Source of the DNA: Candidatus Hermodarchaeota archaeon
Lineage (GTDB): Archaea; Asgardarchaeota; Heimdallarchaeia; Hodarchaeales; Hodarchaeaceae
Reading direction: 5' to 3'
NCBI GenBank assembly: GCA_048886185.1
Contig: JBHLKY010000012.1
Coordinates: forward strand, 37,981 to 69,980
DNA: 32,000 nucleotides
Shown: piece after piece, positions 25,240 through 32,000 of the stretch
Layout: each line of letters opens with the position of its first letter
Position numbering within the stretch: position 1 is the stretch's first letter
The notes under the pieces: model-generated
Seen by the model: the letters and a program-made list of their open reading frames with translations, nothing else
The model's database searches: none
Told to the model about the DNA's origin: nothing
Made by a program: the position numbers and the translations under genes

Positions 25240-26190
25240 GTGATTCTCTTGTCAATGAAATCAATGCAAAAACACGAAGAAGCTACCTTTAACGTTAAAG
25301 ATCAAACCTTAATGACATTTAAAGTCCAAACTGAAGCATTAATGGCCATACATGAGTTTCTTTACCAAGCTAATTTGATTCAACTCATGCCAGTGATTCT
25401 TTCTCCCATTACAGATCCCCTAAGCCACCCTGTTCATGAAGCTCATATTGAATATTTAGGACAGCGATTTCAGCTTACCAAGAGTATGATTTTCCACAAA
25501 CAGATTGCTATTGCAACTTTAGATGTTAATGGTATTTATATTATGTCACCAAATGTTCGTTTAGAATTGAATGACCTTAAGAATAGTGGAAAACACTTAA
25601 TAGAATTTACTCAGTTAGATATCGAATTGAAAGAAGCTACATCTAACGATTTTATGTCGCTTACAGAAGATTTAATTATCTATATTTTTTCTCGAGTAAA
25701 AGATTCTTGTAAAAAAGAATTAGAGGCCTCTGATATTGATATCCACATTCCAAGAAGACCATTTAATGTCTTCTCAAGCCTAAATTTAGAGGAGGAGTAT
25801 GGAAGTGATTATGGATTGAAGATTTCGCTTCATGAAAAAGACCCTTTCTGGATTACGGACTTTGAGAGAGAATTTTATGATAAAGAAGATCCAGAAAGAA
25901 AAGGACATTATATTAACTATGATTTATTTTACCCTGAAGGTTTCGGGGAAGCTCTCTCTGGAGGAGAACGTGATTATCAATATGAAATCCTCTTAAGAAA
26001 GCTAAACGAACGGAAACAAGACCAGAAACAATTCGAAGCTTACTTAAGGAAATCAAAGCAAGGAGTTTTGGTACCTAGCGCAGGTGGTGGACTTGGAATT
26101 GAAAGATTGGTAAGATTCTTAACCAAACGAAAACATATTAAAGATGTATCTCTTTTTCCTAAGGTTCCTGGCGAAAAAATAGAGTTATAA
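25240..26190 (+). CDS. asnA: Archaeal-type asparagine synthetase A (AsnRS-catalytic-domain paralog lacking the anticodon-binding domain)
   Basis: SPITDPL, LTKSMIFHKQ, SPNVRLE, HLIEFTQLDIE, GEALSGGER, GGGLGIERL; about 316 aa with no OB fold. The true start may be TTG 25249 or ATG 25255. Confidence 0.85.
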   Translation: MILLSMKSMQKHEEATFNVKDQTLMTFKVQTEALMAIHEFLYQANLIQLMPVILSPITDPLSHPVHEAHIEYLGQRFQLTKSMIFHKQIAIATLDVNGIYIMSPNVRLELNDLKNSGKHLIEFTQLDIELKEATSNDFMSLTEDLIIYIFSRVKDSCKKELEASDIDIHIPRRPFNVFSSLNLEEEYGSDYGLKISLHEKDPFWITDFEREFYDKEDPERKGHYINYDLFYPEGFGEALSGGERDYQYEILLRKLNERKQDQKQFEAYLRKSKQGVLVPSAGGGLGIERLVRFLTKRKHIKDVSLFPKVPGEKIEL

Positions 26191-26214
26191 CCTTTCTTTT
26201 AGAAAAAAGTGATG

Positions 26215-26760
26215 CTAATCCGCATAAAGCTGTTTTATTGGTTGAATAACTTTATCGAATAATTGAGCTAAATATTTTTCAGGAAATCCAGCTACTTTCG
26301 CAAGAGTGGAAATAGAGGGAATCAACCATTTGCTATCTGCTTCTGCAAGTAATAATCCATTCTCAGAAGTAATTTTTGATCGAACATCCACAACTTTCTC
26401 ATTAAAACTGACAATTTCTGCTGCAACACGAATTATAGTATTTGTTGGAACTGGATTTAGATATCGTGTTGTAATTTCATGTGTAATCGCAATTTTAAAA
26501 AGCTGGGAAATGATAGTCCATGCTGCAACTTCATCGAGAAGAGTTGTTATGATTCCTCCATGAACAAACCCATTAAAACCACAATACTGATCTGAAATTT
26601 TACATTCAGTAAAACATTCATTATCACCTGAAAGATAAAATTGGAGCTGCAAACCGTATTTATTTGTGGAGGAACAGCCAAAGCAATTGAATTCCCATAA
26701 ATTCGGAATCTTCCGAGGTTTGATGCTGTTACCACCTTTCTTTTGTCTCTCAGTTCTCAT
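26215..26760 (-). CDS. PaaI-family hotdog-fold thioesterase
   Basis: CFGCS..N..GL, HGGIITTLLDE. Confidence 0.9.
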   Translation of the reverse strand: MRTERQKKGGNSIKPRKIPNLWEFNCFGCSSTNKYGLQLQFYLSGDNECFTECKISDQYCGFNGFVHGGIITTLLDEVAAWTIISQLFKIAITHEITTRYLNPVPTNTIIRVAAEIVSFNEKVVDVRSKITSENGLLLAEADSKWLIPSISTLAKVAGFPEKYLAQLFDKVIQPIKQLYAD

Positions 26761-26880
26761 AAAATCACCATAATAATGAGCTCTAGGAAATAGTAAATAA
26801 AAGCAATATATGATTAATATTCAATGAATTTTTATCAATTTTCGCTGCCTCTTGTTTAACATTTGGATTTTCAATTATTT

Positions 26881-27480
26881 TCAATGCAACTTATTTTTGC
26901 TTTGAAATGTCAGTATTTTTTGAAAACCCTTGAAAATGAGTGATAATGACAATAAAAGAACAAATAGTACATCCATCGTCGTCAAGAGTGATCCTTCATG
27001 GTCATAGGTTAGAGTAAAATCAAAAGGTTCCCTCATGATACCAAAATGAAAATCAGTTATTGTTGGGAGTAATGATTGCTTGATAACAATTTGGAAATCA
27101 AACTTGTAACCGTTCAAATCGATTGGATAAAAGAGAGGTACAAAACCTTCTAAATCCATTATCGGATGACTGACAAAAGAAAGTGAGATCAGTAACAAAT
27201 AGCTGGAAATCATTGGATATTTAGCTGCCAAAGACGTGTGCAGATTTAAATTGTATTTTATAGATACATTAATAATTATTAGGATCACGACCGAGATTAA
27301 AAGAGAATGAAATGGAAAACGTGATCCAGTTAACGCTTTATCAAGAATATCTGGTAATAATGCGCTAAATGATAAAATAATAAGATGCTCTAGAGGAATT
27401 TTAAATCCAAAGAAATTGTTTACAATGACGAGTACCACAAAAGCAGCAATTATATGAAGGAGAGGTGTAGTCATTTTCAT
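26881..27480 (-). CDS. Membrane-bound metal-dependent hydrolase (YdjM-like)
   Basis: H..A, LPDILD, HSLL, SHPIMD motifs with several TM segments. Confidence 0.75.
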   Translation of the reverse strand: MKMTTPLLHIIAAFVVLVIVNNFFGFKIPLEHLIILSFSALLPDILDKALTGSRFPFHSLLISVVILIIINVSIKYNLNLHTSLAAKYPMISSYLLLISLSFVSHPIMDLEGFVPLFYPIDLNGYKFDFQIVIKQSLLPTITDFHFGIMREPFDFTLTYDHEGSLLTTMDVLFVLLLSLSLIFKGFQKILTFQSKNKLH

Positions 27481-27545
27481 ACCAATCTTTTTTTTCTTCT
27501 AGAAGTACTTTCCCACATTGTATAGTAGACTAATCCCGTTATTTC

Positions 27546-29048
27546 TCAATGTCGAAAGCACCTGATTCCAGTCCAAACCATAGCAATATCATATTCATTT
27601 GCAGTTTCGATGGAATCACTATCTCTGATGGACCCCCCTGATGCAATTACAGCCGTTATACCTTTTTCCCCAGCTGCTTGGACAGAATCTTTGAATGGGA
27701 AGAAAGAGTCTGATGCGAGTACAGCACCTTTGACTTGGTCTTTAGCCCGCTCTAATGCTTGAGTGACCGCATCTATCCTTGAGGGTTGACCTACCCCTAT
27801 TCCCAGCGTTTTAGTACCGATACTTACAACTGCAGAATTGGATTTTACATATTTCACAACCTTCCACGCAAAAAGTAAATCCTTTATTTCTCGAGTGGTA
27901 GGTTTCCTTTTTGTCACGAAATTCAAATCATTTTCAGTAATAATCCGCATATCTGTTGGTTGTACCAAAATACCGTTAGGAATCAACCGAATTGAATGTT
28001 GAGGTATCTCATAGTCATTTAGTTCACAAAGAATAATTTTCTCTTTTCTTTTGAGCGTTTCAAAAGCCTTCTCTTCATATTTTGGTGCGATTATTGCGTC
28101 AATAAATATCTCATTTAGTTTTTCTGCTAATTTCTCGGTTATTATCCGATTAAATCCCATAGCTGAACCAAATGCTGAAACCTTATCAGTAGAAAAAGCA
28201 AGATCAAACGCGGTTTCAATATTTTCCGCACAGGCAAAACCACATGGACTAGAATGTTTGATGATAGCGCATGCAGGATCTTGATGTTCTGAAAAAAGTC
28301 CTAAAGCTGTGTAGAAATCCACTAAATTATTTAGGGAGACAATTTTTCCATGTAATTGAGTATAGAAAGGCTTTTTATTAGATTCTAAATAATATCGTGC
28401 TTCCTGATGCCAATTTTCACCATATCTCAAGCCCTTTGGAGTACCAAAGCTCAATATGTACGTACTTGGAAACGGATCATAGGTCTTTTCAACAAAATAT
28501 TTGCTTATAATAGCATCATAATTGGCAGTATAGAGAAAAGCTTTTTTTGCCAACTCCTTTCGCATATCCAAGGTTACTGTATCGTTAATAATCGCCTCAC
28601 AAACAGAATGGTAATCGTTAGGATTACAAATAACAATTACTTCTTGAAAATTTTTCGCAGCGGCCCGGAGAAGAGTAACACCACCAATATCGATGTTTTC
28701 TAATGCTTTTGTAAAATTATGTGATTGTGAGACAACTTTTTGGAAGGGATAAAGATTTACTACAACTAATCCGAACGGAAAAATGCCCAATTCTTCCATC
28801 TCAGATGCATGATCGATCGTTCCAAGAATTCCTCCCAAGATATGCGGATGGAGGGTTTTAACTCTCCCATTCAATATTTCAGAAAAGCCTGTATATTTAC
28901 TGACCTTTTCCACTTGAATATTAGCTGTTGCGAGCATTTTAGCTGTATTTCCTGTACTAATGAGAGTGAATTTTAGTGAAATCTGTTTACAAAAATCTAT
29001 TATCCCAGTTTTATCGTAAGTGCTGATTAATCCATGTTTTCTTTGCAA
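27546..29048 (-). CDS. purH: Bifunctional AICAR formyltransferase/IMP cyclohydrolase
   Basis: GRVKTLHP, ENIDIGG, LRYGEN.HQ, IIKH..PCG, ASDSFFPF, GGSIRD, R.FRH. Confidence 0.95.
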   Translation of the reverse strand: MQRKHGLISTYDKTGIIDFCKQISLKFTLISTGNTAKMLATANIQVEKVSKYTGFSEILNGRVKTLHPHILGGILGTIDHASEMEELGIFPFGLVVVNLYPFQKVVSQSHNFTKALENIDIGGVTLLRAAAKNFQEVIVICNPNDYHSVCEAIINDTVTLDMRKELAKKAFLYTANYDAIISKYFVEKTYDPFPSTYILSFGTPKGLRYGENWHQEARYYLESNKKPFYTQLHGKIVSLNNLVDFYTALGLFSEHQDPACAIIKHSSPCGFACAENIETAFDLAFSTDKVSAFGSAMGFNRIITEKLAEKLNEIFIDAIIAPKYEEKAFETLKRKEKIILCELNDYEIPQHSIRLIPNGILVQPTDMRIITENDLNFVTKRKPTTREIKDLLFAWKVVKYVKSNSAVVSIGTKTLGIGVGQPSRIDAVTQALERAKDQVKGAVLASDSFFPFKDSVQAAGEKGITAVIASGGSIRDSDSIETANEYDIAMVWTGIRCFRH

Positions 29049-29167
29049 ATAGGTACACCATCATCAAAAGAGTATAAATCTTCAAGAAAAGAGAGAATAA
29101 AAGGAATAAAAAAATGCTTTTCCTTTAAGTGCTGAATCATCCTCGTTGTCTTTTGTTTCCTTTTTCT

Positions 29168-29380
29168 TCAGATATTATCAGTAGTATTCAGTGCAGTTTC
29201 AATAACAATTGGAGTATTAGCACCAATTATCAGTAATGAATCATCATGATCCCTTAAAGCCATCACCCATAATAATGTGAGTAATTCAGAGGATGTTAAG
29301 TTTAATTGTTGACCTATAGCCTAATATGAGAGCCTTTCAGCGGTCAGAGTAATGTTTAGAGCCTTTGCTTGGGCTTCCAT
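29168..29380 (-). pseudogene. Possible aldo/keto-reductase C-terminal remnant
   Basis: MEAQAKALNITLTAERLSY*AIGQQLNLTSSELLTLLWVMALRDHDDSLLIIGANTPIVIETALNT; loosely resembles the AKR tail IA.ELG.T.AQLALAWVL....IIGAS.PEQ. Internal TAG at 29323-29321. Confidence 0.35.
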
Positions 29381-29479
29381 ATTGATGAGATATACTTAGC
29401 AAATTGAAAATGTTAAGTTTGTAAGATTTATTTCAACAAGTTTCGTTCATATTCAATATACTAAACAATGGCCTCTGGC

Positions 29480-31999
29480 TTATTCCAGACCTTCTCTTTT
29501 CAGCGACTCGAGAGCTTCCCTGATGTAAGCATGAAGCATCCGTTCCTGTTCTTCAGGAGATAGAGGCTTTTCACTTTCAAGAATGGCTGATACTTGCTGC
29601 TTGTGAATAGCCAATGTGTCTAATTCTTTTAAAGCCTGATCACGGTAAATAACTAGGTTATTTTCCTCTGCTGTTCGTAAACACTTGTTAAGCCACTCCT
29701 CCACTTTGTCAAACTGGACAGATGCGAAAGCAATCTGGGAACGGAGGAAGTATCCTTGGCAGAGGCTGGCATGCTGCAAATTAATTTCACAGTCCTCTAG
29801 CCATTCATCCAGCTGGCTTATCAAGAATTTAGGGGGAGTAGTATCGGGATTATCAAGCCAGTTCCTAACAGCAAACCCAGCCAACGATCCTTGGCATTTT
29901 ATCTGAAATTCTTTACTCAATACACCGATATCGAGAGCTGCCTGCCACGCCTGATTGGCTAATCCCCAATTCATTTCATTTTCCGCTAATAGGGCCTTAA
30001 TCATCTGGTCGATGGCTTCAACAACGGGTTCTTTCCACGGTGAAGGTGGGAAGCGCTTCAGAATCTCACTATCCATTTCCAATTCACGAGTTTCTTTCAT
30101 AACGCTAGCCATCCTAAATATTGTTTCAGCAACCAAGGATTTGCTATCCACACGATCAAAAACCGCGAGAGCTTGTCCGTACAAATTTTTAGTCCTAGTT
30201 GGATCACCCTGATAGTATGCAGCAGTACCATCCTCTACCAGTTTCTGTGCACCAGAAATTGCTCTTATATATTCAAAGTAATCTATATAATTCGATTGCA
30301 CGATTTTTAACGCTGTCTGGTAATCTGGCGCTTTCAAACGCGCAGTGAGGAGCATTTGTTTCTCTCTTCTCCGTTTTAACATTGAGAAAACAGCTACAAT
30401 GCTTATCAATAGAAGTAATAATCCTACCAGTGCATGGAAAATGCTGAAACTTAGTAATGGAACACTCCAGAAGTTTTTTGGGTTGGTTCCCGCCCGGAAT
30501 TCATCAACATTCATGACCCAATCCCCATCTGAATCAATCCATGCATCATTTGGATTAGTAGCATTAAAATCATTCTGGTATTCCCAGAGGTTAGTCATGC
30601 CATCATTATCCGCATCACCACTAGCATCATTTGGATCAGAAGCGTTAAGCTCGTGGATGGCTTCGTACTGATTGACCATGCGGTCTTCATCCTTATCAAG
30701 TAAAGCATCATTGAAATTTGTTGCATCGAGGCCGTGATAGTACTCATAGAGATTATTCATCAAGTCATTATCCTCATCGAGCCATGAGTCATTAATCTGG
30801 GGATTAAGCCCGTGTTTGTATTCAAAGTCATCAGGCATACCATCTAAGTCACTATCACTCTGATTAGCCCAGCTCCCGTAGTGGAACTCCTGCAAGTTAG
30901 TCAAACTATCTCCATCCTTGTCTCCAACTCCATCATCGTGCCATGGATCCAATCCCATCTGGTATTCATACAGAGCTGTAATATAATCGCCATCGCTATC
31001 AGTATCATTATCGGGAACAGCAGGATCAGTACCAGATAGGTGTTCCCATCCATCAGGCATTCCATCGCCATCAGAATCTCTTTCTAGGGGATTGCTTCTC
31101 CGGAAATACTCCAAGCTGTTCATGAGTCCATCATTATCCTGATCATTAAACTTATCCCAGAAGTCAACTGGATCAAGGTTGTATTCAGATTCCCAATTAT
31201 CAGGCATTCCATCCAGATCTCCATCTGGATTTGCATTAACGTTCCAGAGTTTGATATTACCATTATTATCACTCGAGACCAGAGTATTCCCATCAGGAGA
31301 GAAATCGATTGAAAAAACGGAAGCAGCAGGGATATAAATCGTTTTAATTGGTGATTTTTCTCCATTGGTCAAGTTCCAGAGCTGGATTACGCCTTCAATA
31401 TTCCCTGCAGCTACCAAATCTCCACCAGGTGAAATCGCTACTGAACTTATCGCGCCGCCTTGTCCTTCCAGCTTTGTAAAGTTCCCGTTTGTAACGTCCC
31501 AGATCCTTACAATGCTATCTGAGCCACCTGAAGCCAAGTGCTCCCCATTGGGCAAAAAAACTACAGATCTAATATATGCTTCGTGATCATTCAAGGTTCT
31601 TATTGGTTGCCTACTTGTGATATTCCAAATAATGATGGTAGAATCCCAGCTTCCTGAAGCCAATAACGAACCATCAGGAGATAATGCTAGGCTACTAACA
31701 TCATAACTATATCCTTCTAGGGATGGTAATAATTCTTTTTCATCAGTAACATTCCACAGCCTGATAGCATTTTCTGGGCGATAGCTTCCAGACATTACAA
31801 CCGTTCCATCAAGCGAAAAAATAACGGGCCATACGGCCATAGTATTAGCATGATGTGCAAGAGGAGAAGCTGGGGGGGGTAATTCTATTCCCTCGGTCAC
31901 ATTCCAGAGCCTAACAGTAGTGTCCCGGCTACCTGAAACTAACAGCTTACCATCAGGTGAAAAGGCAACTGAATGAACTGCAGCATCATGACCTGCCAA
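29480..31999 (-). CDS. Receptor-like membrane protein: WD40 repeats + 10 TSP3-like Ca-binding repeats + TM + cytoplasmic TPR-like helical domain; 5' end beyond the window
   Basis: Six WD40 repeats in the window; the first codon is TTG read as internal Leu (LAGH). DxDxDGxx(D/N)xxE repeats x10; TM LLSFSIFHALVGLLLLLISIVAVFSML + KRRREK; helical C-terminal ~295 aa. Confidence 0.85.
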   Translation of the reverse strand: MAGHDAAVHSVAFSPDGKLLVSGSRDTTVRLWNVTEGIELPPPASPLAHHANTMAVWPVIFSLDGTVVMSGSYRPENAIRLWNVTDEKELLPSLEGYSYDVSSLALSPDGSLLASGSWDSTIIIWNITSRQPIRTLNDHEAYIRSVVFLPNGEHLASGGSDSIVRIWDVTNGNFTKLEGQGGAISSVAISPGGDLVAAGNIEGVIQLWNLTNGEKSPIKTIYIPAASVFSIDFSPDGNTLVSSDNNGNIKLWNVNANPDGDLDGMPDNWESEYNLDPVDFWDKFNDQDNDGLMNSLEYFRRSNPLERDSDGDGMPDGWEHLSGTDPAVPDNDTDSDGDYITALYEYQMGLDPWHDDGVGDKDGDSLTNLQEFHYGSWANQSDSDLDGMPDDFEYKHGLNPQINDSWLDEDNDLMNNLYEYYHGLDATNFNDALLDKDEDRMVNQYEAIHELNASDPNDASGDADNDGMTNLWEYQNDFNATNPNDAWIDSDGDWVMNVDEFRAGTNPKNFWSVPLLSFSIFHALVGLLLLLISIVAVFSMLKRRREKQMLLTARLKAPDYQTALKIVQSNYIDYFEYIRAISGAQKLVEDGTAAYYQGDPTRTKNLYGQALAVFDRVDSKSLVAETIFRMASVMKETRELEMDSEILKRFPPSPWKEPVVEAIDQMIKALLAENEMNWGLANQAWQAALDIGVLSKEFQIKCQGSLAGFAVRNWLDNPDTTPPKFLISQLDEWLEDCEINLQHASLCQGYFLRSQIAFASVQFDKVEEWLNKCLRTAEENNLVIYRDQALKELDTLAIHKQQVSAILESEKPLSPEEQERMLHAYIREALESLKREGLE
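31872..31879. repeat. G8/C8 homopolymer within the WD40 gene
   Basis: tggggggggt at 31871-31880; encodes LPPP. Confidence 0.9.
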
Positions 32000-32000
32000 T

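Noticed and set aside
27546-29048. Motif deviations in PurH (STGNT, ENWHQ, KHSSPCG, ASGGS, RCFRH) as a sign of altered cofactor use
   Set aside because: The catalytic Lys-His pair and SDxFFPF are retained and these positions vary among known PurH/ATIC enzymes, so there is no basis for a new function.
2225-29323. Stop-codon recoding (Pyl at TAG, Sec at TGA) as the explanation for the interrupted genes
   Set aside because: TAA, TAG and TGA all occur as lesions alongside frameshifts, TAG and TGA terminate intact genes here, and the TGA positions are not catalytic Cys sites.
904-31586. Short ORF-track entries antisense to or nested in long genes (e.g. 904..1095, 3092..3307, 5154..5399, 6834..7061, 10087..10359, 11883..12251, 14077..14424, 17596..17952, 30345..30671)
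   Set aside because: They overlap well-supported genes and show no motifs; they are shadow ORFs.
1-32000. CRISPR array, rRNA/tRNA, transposase or integrase
   Set aside because: No regularly spaced repeats, structured RNA signatures or recombinase motifs were seen. The DxDxDG and WD40 repeats are protein-level only.

Overview
An AT-rich archaeal window, most consistent with an Asgard archaeon (Heimdallarchaeia/Hodarchaeales-like). This is an inference from an Arf/Rag-like GTPase with a longin/roadblock-like tail, a Rab-like protein, a tungsten-type AOR, an archaeal-type AsnA and sequon-rich surface proteins. In order, it contains: an edge-truncated secreted protein; a 14-bp perfect inverted repeat; a tandem-RHH+wHTH gene followed by a ParA/MinD ATPase; a TAG-interrupted helical-repeat remnant; a ThDP lyase/SDR/3-hydroxyacyl-CoA-DH operon divergent from AOR; an HhH-GTPase-longin fusion; a MacB/FtsX-type ABC system with two ATPases; a 45-aa ORF; a Rab-like pseudo-GTPase; a 936-aa membrane-anchored FG-GAP propeller protein; a membrane-anchored DUF362 protein; flavodoxin; an orphan DNA methyltransferase; Lrp/asnA; a hotdog thioesterase; a membrane hydrolase; purH; and an edge-truncated WD40/Ca-repeat/TM/TPR-like receptor-type protein. 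At least three, probably four, pseudogenes lie in apparent intergenic space. The best candidate for new biology is the 936-aa protein, which has an integrin-alpha-like layout and two amphipathic hairpins resembling beta-pore-forming-toxin stems. Next are the RHH-RHH-wHTH/ParA cassette with its palindromic site, the extracellular WD40 receptor and the HACL-like/AOR module. No rRNA, tRNA, CRISPR array or transposase was recognised. All family assignments come from motif recognition by eye; no searches were run.
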